Source of the DNA: a virus
Direction: 5' to 3' (one strand)
Length of the DNA stretch: 64,000 nt
IMG/VR virus record: IMGVR_UViG_3300020054_000866
Span: 45,823-109,822 of that record
Part shown: positions 18,043 through 26,999 of the stretch, piece after piece
How the letters are laid out: every line of letters begins with the position of its first letter
Numbering within the stretch: the stretch's first letter is position 1
The notes under the pieces: model-generated
What the model was told of the DNA's origin: nothing
The model's database searches: none
The model's input: the letters and a program-made list of their open reading frames with translations, nothing else
Position numbers and translations under genes: made by a program

Positions 18043-21000
18043 TTAGACAAACGCGCCTTTGCGTAGTTGAAATGCTAGTTGACGTGAAACCATCGCCGCG
18101 AGTTCTGCTTCATCCATGCCAGCAGACGGGTATACGTTCAGCGTAATTCCGCCGCCAGAGAGCTGCTGAATGATTGCGCGATCTCGAGTCGACAAACCCT
18201 GCTCGTCGAGCGGCTCAACGCGCTCTCTACGACCACCTTCACCGATCACAGCGAGCATTCCGCCGGACACCGCTGGGACAATTCCACCCTCAGCAAGGCC
18301 GCCGGCAAACGCTCGCATGTTCGCAGCAAGAGCCGCGCGATCTCGTCCCGCCGATATCTGCACGGCTTGGAACAACGATGTGTTGTCGCCGACCGTTGTT
18401 GCGTTCTCGAACGTCGGGATTTTGGGGACCGAGATGCTTCTTCCGCCAATAACGGGAATCCAGTCCGGGGCAGTCCAACTTAGCTTACCAGCAGTATTAT
18501 TCCAAATGTTTGCAACGAAGTTAAATGCCGTTTTGAACGCTCCAGTAATTGCCCCAGCAACTCCAGAAATAAAGCTACCAACCTTTTGGAAGCCGAGACC
18601 GATTCCGTTAAGAACGCCTTCTACGACGTCAGAAACCACACTAAACGCGGTGCTAAAGATATTTCCGATCCCAGAGATAACGCCTGTGATAAAGCCCCAC
18701 GCCTTTGAGAACGCTGTCTTGATCCCTTCCCAAACTCCTCCGATAAAGTCTCCGATACCAGAGAAGATCGCGCGAATGTCGACACCGAAGATGTCTTCTA
18801 CCCAGTCGAGAATCTTACCGAAGATCTCCTTAAGAAAGTCCCACGCGAACTGAATCGCAGTCGAGATCGCGCCCTTGATCTTTTCCCACGCTTTTCCGAA
18901 GTGTTCGCTGACGCCGTCCATGTCGCCTTTGAACAGCGCAAAGATTCCTTGCACGAACTCCCAGACGCCCTGGAACACTTGAATGATTGACGAAACTATC
19001 CCGATGAAGTAAGAGATCGCTATAGCGGCAACGTCAATTGCCTCAACAAGAAGAAATTGAATCAACGGGATAATGTACGTCCCCATGAAGTCGCCAACCT
19101 GGCCCATCCAATAGTTGAGCGACTCCCAGGCTCCGTTCATACCGCCAAACGGCTCGAGCGCTGCATCGATAGCTTCTTTAATGGTGTAAAAGGCGTTAGT
19201 TAGTGCTACGAACACTCCGGAGACAAGATCCATTACGGCAGTTCTAAACGTCTCGCTGTTCTGCCACATCAAAACCAACGCGCCGATGACAGCGCCGATA
19301 GCTGCTACCGCTCCGCCGCCAGAGAGAAGAACTCTAAATAGCGAGGTCCCTTTGGCTGCTAACAGCTCGCTAAGCGCATGGATGCCGCCACGAAACTTCT
19401 TCACTACATCGAACGCTTTAATGAAGTATCCAGCGAACACCTTGCCAAAGAACCCACTGACCTTTAGCATGAGTTGTACGCCTTTTGCAGCACCCAAGAA
19501 CGCGGCTGTCATGAGGAATATCTCACGCACTGTTTCATTTGCAAGAGCCTTGTTTAGATACTCAAGGCCTGTTGTAAGAACACCAAAGAAGTTCTCAATT
19601 GACTCGGACTCGGTGAAGTACGCTAGTGTTTCACCAAGCGTTAACATGAACTCTGCAACGGCAGGTCCGGTGCTTGTTAGCGTATCAAATGCCCCCTCGA
19701 GCATCTGCAACCCGCCGCCCTGATTGAGGGTGTCAAAGAATCCCTTGATTCCCGGGTTGTTGCCGAGACGAATAAATACTCCTGTAAGTCCAGCAAGAAA
19801 TCGCGATATTGACGCAAAGTTTTCTGCGATTTCAATGAAGAACGTCTCCAGTCGGCCGTCCTCGAGTGCCTCTTCAGTGAACGTTGCCCAGCGCTCTGTT
19901 GCCTCCTGGAACAGATCTAAAAGATTCTGACCGCCGCTACCCGGACCGGCTGCAGCCGCTCCGAGATTCATAAGAGCATCACCGATGTTACTAAAGATCT
20001 CACCGAGCTGCGCAGCTACGTCGCCGGCTCTGTTGAAGTACTCCGTGAGCTCACTTACTTCGCCCTCAGCGGCCGAGTTCATGTCCTCGAGAGATGTCTT
20101 CCATCTCTCGGTAACTGTGACGATCCAGTCAACGAACCGCTGAATCAGTGGCCCAGCAGCGTCAAGAAGCGAGAGAAGCACATCGTAGAGATTACCAAAC
20201 GCCTCACCAAGACCTTCGATGACGTAGACGTTCGTGTCGCCAATTCTCTCCAGCTCTTCGAGATTGCGCGCCTCAGTAACTACATCAGCGATGTGAACGG
20301 CGACTCGGCCAAGAGCACCGCCTGTCTTCTCAAGTATTCTCTCAAGAACTGGGAAAAGATCGTCAACCAGTTTCTGAATCGCTTGCTCGAGAGGTCCAAA
20401 CAGTTCTCGGCCCGCGGCGTGCTTGAGCTTTAGCATGTCGCCCTCGAGCCCGACAATGAACTCCGCGAATCTTCTAGCCTCGTCGCTAAGCTTGTCGAGA
20501 GCAGACGTTGTCGAGGCCGCCGCGTCTTCAGTCCCTTTACGCGCTTTCTCGAGCTCCTTCTCCGCCTCGAGCTGCGCGCGGATCGCGTCACGCTCTGCTC
20601 TTGCCTTGTCGTCAATGGCTTCCTGAACTCTCTCAGTAGCGGCGACAACCTCGTCAGAACCTTCAACACCCTTGCGGTTTGCCTCTTCTGTCTCAGCAGC
20701 AAGATCGGAGTTGCGATCTTTCGCGCGGCGAAGATTTAGATCTGCTTCAGCGTACGCAAGTTCAGCCTCGCGACGAGCTCTTGAGTTTGGTGGCAGATCC
20801 TGCACCCTAGCGAGTGTCTCACGCGCTTTCTCAAGCTCGATTGCAGCACGGCGCTCTGAGATTGCAGCGTCTTCTGCGTCAAAGTTTAGTTGCTGAAGAC
20901 TTTCGGCAGCTTCTTTTCTCGCCTCGGTGAGATCTCGCTCGGCTCTCTCTAGATTCTTGTCAGCGCGAGCAAGAGACTCTCTGTTTGACTCAAGAACACG

Positions 21001-21504
21001 AAGAAGCCTGTTCTCGGCTTGCTCGATTCTTTCGGCATTGTCTTTTGCAGCCTTACTTGGCTTCTTGAGCTCTTTGATCGCGTCGCCCATGCCGCTAAAC
21101 GCCAGTTTAGCTGCCAGTGCACCCTGGCCTATTGCAGCGAATATTCCAGGAAGAACGATAAGAGCCGGAGCGGCCGCAAGAGCCGCGGAGGTGACTGCGA
21201 ATAGTCCAGTGACAAGCGCTGAAATGCTGCTGATGACACCAGCGATAGCGGGCCCTAGAGCATACCCGGTGGTGACCATCTTAAAGAACGCGTCATTTGC
21301 TTGTAGAGCAGCTTGTCTGAACTTTGCAAACGCTCCACTCGTTCTGTTAAGATTTTTTCTTACTCCAGCCGAGAACTGGTTACCGGCACGATTTCCAATT
21401 CTACCAAAGTCCTTCGCGGAATCGTTAAGAGCGTCTTTGATCTGATTTTGGAAGCCAATTGTGATCGCATTTACGGTAATAAACGCAGAACCGACTACAG
21501 CCAC
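18043..21504 (-). CDS. Tape measure protein
   Basis: MAVVGSAF start, coiled coil, periodic W/F amphipathic repeats, C-terminal LAEGG...IGEGG..E.V.PL; follows tail chaperones. Confidence 0.93.
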   Translation of the reverse strand: MAVVGSAFITVNAITIGFQNQIKDALNDSAKDFGRIGNRAGNQFSAGVRKNLNRTSGAFAKFRQAALQANDAFFKMVTTGYALGPAIAGVISSISALVTGLFAVTSAALAAAPALIVLPGIFAAIGQGALAAKLAFSGMGDAIKELKKPSKAAKDNAERIEQAENRLLRVLESNRESLARADKNLERAERDLTEARKEAAESLQQLNFDAEDAAISERRAAIELEKARETLARVQDLPPNSRARREAELAYAEADLNLRRAKDRNSDLAAETEEANRKGVEGSDEVVAATERVQEAIDDKARAERDAIRAQLEAEKELEKARKGTEDAAASTTSALDKLSDEARRFAEFIVGLEGDMLKLKHAAGRELFGPLEQAIQKLVDDLFPVLERILEKTGGALGRVAVHIADVVTEARNLEELERIGDTNVYVIEGLGEAFGNLYDVLLSLLDAAGPLIQRFVDWIVTVTERWKTSLEDMNSAAEGEVSELTEYFNRAGDVAAQLGEIFSNIGDALMNLGAAAAGPGSGGQNLLDLFQEATERWATFTEEALEDGRLETFFIEIAENFASISRFLAGLTGVFIRLGNNPGIKGFFDTLNQGGGLQMLEGAFDTLTSTGPAVAEFMLTLGETLAYFTESESIENFFGVLTTGLEYLNKALANETVREIFLMTAAFLGAAKGVQLMLKVSGFFGKVFAGYFIKAFDVVKKFRGGIHALSELLAAKGTSLFRVLLSGGGAVAAIGAVIGALVLMWQNSETFRTAVMDLVSGVFVALTNAFYTIKEAIDAALEPFGGMNGAWESLNYWMGQVGDFMGTYIIPLIQFLLVEAIDVAAIAISYFIGIVSSIIQVFQGVWEFVQGIFALFKGDMDGVSEHFGKAWEKIKGAISTAIQFAWDFLKEIFGKILDWVEDIFGVDIRAIFSGIGDFIGGVWEGIKTAFSKAWGFITGVISGIGNIFSTAFSVVSDVVEGVLNGIGLGFQKVGSFISGVAGAITGAFKTAFNFVANIWNNTAGKLSWTAPDWIPVIGGRSISVPKIPTFENATTVGDNTSLFQAVQISAGRDRAALAANMRAFAGGLAEGGIVPAVSGGMLAVIGEGGRRERVEPLDEQGLSTRDRAIIQQLSGGGITLNVYPSAGMDEAELAAMVSRQLAFQLRKGAFV

Positions 21505-21562
21505 GTGTCATCACCTCCTTCCATACGTGTCATGCAACATAACTATTCTAGCCCACTTGAGA

Positions 21563-22006
21563 CTACCCTAGAGGCTCGTCTAGTGCCGCGCCGAATGGCA
21601 GTCTCGAGTTCTCATTGACACGGGTTGGCGGAATGTACGGCTTAGTCTCTCTCGAGCGCTGGAACGGATCTATTGGCGTGGGAATATCCTCTACCTCGAG
21701 ATCCTCATCTAACGGCCCGCCGATTCCAGGAGATGCGGCAGTGCGCTTTGTAGTAGGCGCAGCGTATCTGTACTCTCTGTGGTATAACTGACTGTAGAGC
21801 ATAGACCTAGACTTGTCTCGCGCTTCTGCCTGCTCTCCAGTCGTGATGTGAATGAAATCTTCCTCGAAGAAGAAGTGCAACACATCGAGCATATCGCTCA
21901 TTGGGAGCTGCTTAAGATCTACGCCTAGAGTTATTGCTTTGCCGTTGACGTACGGCCAGAGATCTAACGCCCAGTGGGTTAAGCTTCTGGCCGCGACGTA
22001 GGGCGC
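21563..22006 (-). CDS. Tail assembly chaperone, post-frameshift (T) segment
   Basis: -1 frame open from 22006 (APYVAARSLTHWALDLWPYVNGKA...) through 21563, overlapping the end of the G gene. Confidence 0.75.
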   Translation of the reverse strand, partial: APYVAARSLTHWALDLWPYVNGKAITLGVDLKQLPMSDMLDVLHFFFEEDFIHITTGEQAEARDKSRSMLYSQLYHREYRYAAPTTKRTAASPGIGGPLDEDLEVEDIPTPIDPFQRSRETKPYIPPTRVNENSRLPFGAALDEPLG

Positions 22007-22326
22007 TCAGAGTACGTCTCCATCAGCCATGTGACAATCTCCATAATCTGATCAATCTGAATCAGCTTATCTGGGTCCTTGCACATTTCATCAAAACGCT
22101 TGTACTCTTCTTCACCAGAAAGAACTGCCTTAAAAAAGTCGTCAATAACAGCAGCGTTTGCCGCAGGGTTGCTGTCGTCGCCGGTTCTAGAAGCAAGATC
22201 AATCATAACCTTGCCAGGAATACCGCGACGGCAGTTGAATGTTTCTCCATAGAGAGAAAACTGAACTTCTTCAGCATCTTCTTCAATAGTAGGTGAACCA
22301 AAGTCTTTAAACTTCGCCATTGTCAT
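21979..22326 (-). CDS. Tail assembly chaperone (G)
   Basis: F.L.GE.F...WLME.YSERPT ending typical of actinophage chaperones; upstream of tape measure. Confidence 0.85.
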   Translation of the reverse strand: MTMAKFKDFGSPTIEEDAEEVQFSLYGETFNCRRGIPGKVMIDLASRTGDDSNPAANAAVIDDFFKAVLSGEEEYKRFDEMCKDPDKLIQIDQIMEIVTWLMETYSERPTSRPEA

Positions 22327-22400
22327 CTCCGTGTATGTGTCAGCACTTCATTCCTGTGCATGTCATTAATATTTTATCTTGTAGAGACGTTGAAGGTGCT

Positions 22401-22793
22401 CTACGTGATAGCTAGATACAGATTGTTTGATAGATACCTGTTTGCACGAGTACCTGGGTGATCTACGCGCTCAGTATGCACAATTGCGCCACCGCGACCG
22501 CGGAATCGCAATGTCTTACCGGGACTAGGAAGAATAACGTGCGGTCGTGTGCCCTCGTGATGCATATACGCGTAATTGAGATCAGATCCTACGAGCATCT
22601 GTTGCCCATACGCAGTTCTGTTGTGCTCTAGGTGAATTGACGCCTTAAGTGCTCCGGTCTTTACCCCCACCTGCGCTTGCGCGGCCACCTTAACCTTAAG
22701 AGCGCGACGCTCCAGATCTCGCCCTACAGCACCGCCGCGCGACTTTAAAAGCACGTCAAGTGCAGGGTAGTTCCAAACTATTGTAGTAGTCAT
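22401..22793 (-). CDS. Neck/tail-completion protein (HK97 gp10-like)
   Basis: VGVKTGALKASI, YA...HEGTRPH.I, V.HPGT.AN.YL; ATG at 22793 overlaps upstream stop. Confidence 0.8.
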   Translation of the reverse strand: MTTTIVWNYPALDVLLKSRGGAVGRDLERRALKVKVAAQAQVGVKTGALKASIHLEHNRTAYGQQMLVGSDLNYAYMHHEGTRPHVILPSPGKTLRFRGRGGAIVHTERVDHPGTRANRYLSNNLYLAIT

Positions 22794-23296
22794 TACGGGA
22801 TAGCCAGAGTTAGCTGCATTGTAGTAAGTTGAAAGCCGCCCTGAGGTGGTGGAGTATCTACAGTTCCAATTACTCCAAGGCCGAAACCAGTTTCGTCCCA
22901 CTGATCAAACAAGTCAATTGCCTGTAGTAGAACCCAGGCGTCAACTGCTGTGATCTTAGAGGCGTCTTGAATGTTTGCTGCTGTCGGCGGACGACCGTTC
23001 ACTGAAACTATCGGTATTTCTCGTGCAACCGTGACAAGAACAACAGCAGTTCTAGGGACGTTGCACCTCTGCGGTGTAGACGCTTGATCCCCAGGCGGCC
23101 CAAGATACGCTTGAAGAAGTGTAACTGTCAACTGCTCGCAATCAATTGCTGTCTGGCCAACAGTGTAGTACCTTCTAGACGGTATCGGGACATTGTACGA
23201 CTCAAACGTAGACACAGTTCTAGTAAGAACTCCATCAAGAAGAGTGACAATGTTTAGAGCGTCGCTAGACACACCAGAAATATCAACTATCGACAT
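22793..23296 (-). CDS. Putative tail terminator
   Basis: Position; DCEQL.V...V.VAR...DAW.L...PQGG pattern seen in actinophage terminators. Confidence 0.65.
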   Translation of the reverse strand: MSIVDISGVSSDALNIVTLLDGVLTRTVSTFESYNVPIPSRRYYTVGQTAIDCEQLTVTLLQAYLGPPGDQASTPQRCNVPRTAVVLVTVAREIPIVSVNGRPPTAANIQDASKITAVDAWVLLQAIDLFDQWDETGFGLGVIGTVDTPPPQGGFQLTTMQLTLAIP

Positions 23297-23297
23297 A

Positions 23298-24662
23298 TCA
23301 CGAGCCAATCGTGTACGTAGAAACGACGTTAGACGCAAGAGCGATTCTTAGATTTCCAGAAGTAACGTACACTGTTTCTTCTGCACCGCCACTTGTTCTT
23401 GTTGCGTATAGGTCCCACGAGCCGCTGTCAATCATTCCCAGCACTGATAGAGCGTCCTCGTACGTAACAGTTACAGTAAGCCTGTCGTCAGTTACCGACT
23501 CAGCAGTTCCAGCTACAGCAGTTTCCGCGACGTCTGATGCGACCCTGTCGTACGTAAATGTTGTAGACGTCGGGACGGTCTCAATGGTGTACGTGCCATC
23601 GAACGTTGAATCGATGCCTGAAACTACAACCTCAGTACCGACATAGAATCCGTGGTTCGACGATGTAGTTAGCGTAACAAGATTAGAAGAAAGCTCGGCA
23701 GTTGACACAGACACTGTTGTCGGCGTTGGGTCAGTAATAGTGGCTGCCCCTTCGAGCTCTAGCGACTCGGTCTCGGCGTAGCTTCTGATGTACACTTTAG
23801 TCGACCACCCGCCTGCGGCTAAGAACAGAGCGTTTAGCGAAGAAAGAGAGACGTCTGTGCTGCCTGAGCCGCTGCTTGCTGAGACGTCAATATCTGCAAT
23901 GCCGCTCGGGTACTTCAATGGCTTGGGCGCATTGCGCCTAGCTCTTGGAACATCTGGCGTAAACACTCTTGCGCGGGCCCTGGCTCGATCCGGGTTAGAC
24001 GCTCTTAAGAACAGGTCAACGGCGTATATGCCAGTTTTAAGTTCGTCGATAAAGTCTTGATTGTCAAGAATAGTGTAGGAAACACCCTGTCTTGATATAG
24101 AAGTTACACGCTCTGGAAGATCGCACGGGTCGCCAGCCCACAGTTTTGCGAACTCCATCGCAAGTGTTCTTGCGGCCATCTTACCAATGGTTGGCGGTTC
24201 TACTCCGTAGGAGTAAGTGACTTCAATGTTGCAAGGTGTCCACGCAACACCGTCTCGTGCTTGAAGTGTTGAGTGATCGACTAGATAGTATTTGTCTGGG
24301 CTGATTATAGTGCCCACTCTGTTTCTTACTGTGTGAATCTTAGTCACAGGCCGACCGCGAAGACGAATACGTGAAGACGGTGTAGTACCGTCTGAGGTCA
24401 TGTCTTCATAAAAGTCAATGTCGTCTGAGTAGTAATTGTACATGTCGCCTTCGATAAGAGCAGCCTCAATGTTTCTGTAGCTTGGCCCAAATCTAAACGA
24501 CCGACCCGCGCAAATGTAGCGCTCAGTTACCGTAGTCGTCCCGCTATACTTTCTTCCAGACAACGCCCAGAGAAGATTAGAAGCCGATTTCGCCGCTTCG
24601 TATGAAAACTCAGTCTCAGCGTAGTCGCCAAGTTCTTCTGGCGTAACCCATAAATTTGGCAT
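23298..24662 (-). CDS. Head-to-tail adaptor with C-terminal accessory beta domain
   Basis: AS.LLWALSGRK, VTYSYG..PP, CDLPERVTSISRQGVS, TGI..VDLFL...NP. Confidence 0.85.
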   Translation of the reverse strand: MPNLWVTPEELGDYAETEFSYEAAKSASNLLWALSGRKYSGTTTVTERYICAGRSFRFGPSYRNIEAALIEGDMYNYYSDDIDFYEDMTSDGTTPSSRIRLRGRPVTKIHTVRNRVGTIISPDKYYLVDHSTLQARDGVAWTPCNIEVTYSYGVEPPTIGKMAARTLAMEFAKLWAGDPCDLPERVTSISRQGVSYTILDNQDFIDELKTGIYAVDLFLRASNPDRARARARVFTPDVPRARRNAPKPLKYPSGIADIDVSASSGSGSTDVSLSSLNALFLAAGGWSTKVYIRSYAETESLELEGAATITDPTPTTVSVSTAELSSNLVTLTTSSNHGFYVGTEVVVSGIDSTFDGTYTIETVPTSTTFTYDRVASDVAETAVAGTAESVTDDRLTVTVTYEDALSVLGMIDSGSWDLYATRTSGGAEETVYVTSGNLRIALASNVVSTYTIGS

Positions 24663-24693
24663 CGTTCTCTACCTCTTTTGCAGCAAATGCAGA

Positions 24694-24730
24694 CGGCGCG
24701 TCCTATGTATTCTATACACAGAACGCGCCG
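24694..24730 (-). terminator. Hairpin downstream of major tail gene
   Basis: cggcgcgt...acgcgccg inverted repeat with inner tgtat/ataca pairing; no clear U tract. Confidence 0.5.
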
Positions 24731-24749
24731 CCTACCAGGTAGTTTAGAC

Positions 24750-25793
24750 TCAGGCTACTGGGTCCTCTGTTGAAGCAATGATGAAGTCGATGTCCTCATC
24801 GGCGTTGTAGTCCGTGGCTCCAGGTACGTTGTACTCAGTGGTTGAACCCTGAGAAGTAAAGTCACTGACCGCGCGGCTGTTCTTCGCGACGTCGGCTGTG
24901 CCACTGTCAGCAGTAGACGCGATATCGGACGCAGTCTTAGCGTACGTAAACGTTGTTGTCGATGGGACATCGACGATTGTAAACGTGCCGTTAAGATCTG
25001 TGTTCGTGAGACCAGCAACAACAACTGTGTCGCCAGCGGCAAAGTTATGAGCCGCCGCTGTAGTGATTGTCGCGACGTTCGACGTGAGCTCGACATTATT
25101 GACTGTCGCGCTGAGATCGCCGTGCCATGTGTAGAAGCCCTTGCGGCCAGTCGGCGCCCAGTCTGAACGAGCGTAGGCGTACGGACGCTCTGTCGCAGTT
25201 GCGAACTCCCAGCGGTCGTCGAGGCCGTCGCCGAACGCTGAGTTACCGAGACCATAGCCCTCAAACGTTGTCGCGATCATGCCGTTTTCGATGACGCGAT
25301 CGCCAGAGAGGCGAAGTCGACAGTATGGGAACACCCAATGGAAGTACGGGTTGGTCGCAGCGCGCTTGCCGTCGGCAACCGCGAATGACCAACACTCGAT
25401 CGCAACACCGAGACCGGAGGGATCGTCACCAACACCAGGAGACGCCCAGCCGATGCTCTTACGGTCGGGGCTAACAAACGTGCCGTAGTTCTTGCGAAGA
25501 AGAAGGCCGCTTGACATGAGCTGAGTCAGCTCTGGGTCTGGCTCACAGATCGCTAGCTCCATGGTGACTCTCTTCAGAGTGTCTGGGGCCTGATATGAAA
25601 CGCAGATGGTGCCGTCAGCGGACTTTTCAGTGATCTCATCGCCAGCCTCGTACTCAGGCGTAAACGACAAGCGCATAAACGCTGACGTGGTGTAGCTATC
25701 ACCATCGTTGTTTAGAAGGTTACCGGCGGCATCAAGACGCGTCACGCGAATTGACACACCCTGGATGCTCGCGGCGTAGTCTTGGGTCGCCAT
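24750..25793 (-). CDS. Major tail (tube) protein
   Basis: IRVTRLD..G, PEYEAGDEI..K.ADG.IC, C..DPEL, cluster-B-like tail tube; strong SD aaggaga. Confidence 0.88.
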   Translation of the reverse strand: MATQDYAASIQGVSIRVTRLDAAGNLLNNDGDSYTTSAFMRLSFTPEYEAGDEITEKSADGTICVSYQAPDTLKRVTMELAICEPDPELTQLMSSGLLLRKNYGTFVSPDRKSIGWASPGVGDDPSGLGVAIECWSFAVADGKRAATNPYFHWVFPYCRLRLSGDRVIENGMIATTFEGYGLGNSAFGDGLDDRWEFATATERPYAYARSDWAPTGRKGFYTWHGDLSATVNNVELTSNVATITTAAAHNFAAGDTVVVAGLTNTDLNGTFTIVDVPSTTTFTYAKTASDIASTADSGTADVAKNSRAVSDFTSQGSTTEYNVPGATDYNADEDIDFIIASTEDPVA

Positions 25794-25836
25794 TTCTGTT
25801 TATCTCCTTCAGTGAGGCGGTGTTCTAGTTCCTATT

Positions 25837-26931
25837 TTAGACGGTCAAATCGACCTTGACTGTGTAGTGTATCGCTGGATCGAAGTAGACCGCTGCTGGG
25901 CGCAGGGCCTTGATTAGCATGTCATTTTGGTTTCCAGACACGTTATATCCCTGAGCTAATGTCTCATTGACAACTTCTGGCTTACCAAGATGAACGTCTA
26001 CACAGCCAGTGGCGAAAATCCACTTCGTAGTTGTTGATCCGACCATTTGTGCAAGCCCTGATGCAGACGTAGAGGTTACGTTCGCCGCTGTCTTAGCGTA
26101 AGTGAACGTGGTAGACGTGGGGGTACCGGTCACGGTGAACGTCCCATTGAATGTTGAATCAACACCAGAAACACTTACAGTGTCGCCGGTAGTCAAATTG
26201 TGGGTAGCAGATGTTGTCAATGTGGCAACGTTGCTAGTAAGAGCTTTGTTAGTGACTGCCACAAATGGACCGTCACCAGTGTAGCCAGAGCCAACAATCA
26301 CTGGAGTTCCGTTAACTGTCTCCAAGTGCTCTCGACCGTCGGAGTTCTTAACTCTAATAAGCGGCCCGTCGGACACTGCCTGAATTGCAACATCTCTAGA
26401 TACGTGAATCACTCCCTGCTCCCCAGCAGGCGATCCTGCCATGGCGCCCTCAAGAATAGCAATCGCGCGCCAGGCTGAGACTGGTGTCGAAGCCGATGAC
26501 CCAGCAGCAAGAGTGTACTCGCCGGCTTCTGTCAGATATTGACTAGTAGTCGAATCACTTCTTACTACGTAGCCATTCCATAGCTCTCGCTCAACAGCTT
26601 TCTGTGTAGCTGCCTCGAGCTGCTTGACAACTAACGCCATTCGATCTTCACCAGTAAGACCAAATGTAGATCTTGAGTCTTCTACTTCGATGAAGAATGG
26701 CTTGACTTCAACATACTGCGCCAGCCCAGTGCCGTTGAAAATCTCGTGCGCTGACGTGCCGGTGTCCTCGAGAAGGCGAACGGTCGGCTCAGAATCGTAT
26801 TCGAAAGAGAATCCACGAATCCAGCGCTCGTCGTACGCCCTTGCGGTGTGAGACATCACACGGGCGACGCTGAGAATACCAAAGACAGATGGCTTTAACT
26901 CCGATGCAGGGTATACACCGCGAAATGCCAT
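25837..26931 (-). CDS. Second capsid protein (major capsid pentamer-like)
   Basis: GILSVA..RW..G...PF.IE...ST.G...QKAVERELW.G...GTPV.VG.GY; directly downstream of major capsid as in mycobacteriophage cluster B. Confidence 0.7.
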   Translation of the reverse strand: MAFRGVYPASELKPSVFGILSVARVMSHTARAYDERWIRGFSFEYDSEPTVRLLEDTGTSAHEIFNGTGLAQYVEVKPFFIEVEDSRSTFGLTGEDRMALVVKQLEAATQKAVERELWNGYVVRSDSTTSQYLTEAGEYTLAAGSSASTPVSAWRAIAILEGAMAGSPAGEQGVIHVSRDVAIQAVSDGPLIRVKNSDGREHLETVNGTPVIVGSGYTGDGPFVAVTNKALTSNVATLTTSATHNLTTGDTVSVSGVDSTFNGTFTVTGTPTSTTFTYAKTAANVTSTSASGLAQMVGSTTTKWIFATGCVDVHLGKPEVVNETLAQGYNVSGNQNDMLIKALRPAAVYFDPAIHYTVKVDLTV

Positions 26932-26999
26932 TTTATTCTCCTTTGGTCCTCAACGCCGCCCGTGGATGTACTACTTATTTCTTGTGACTATTACTGGGA

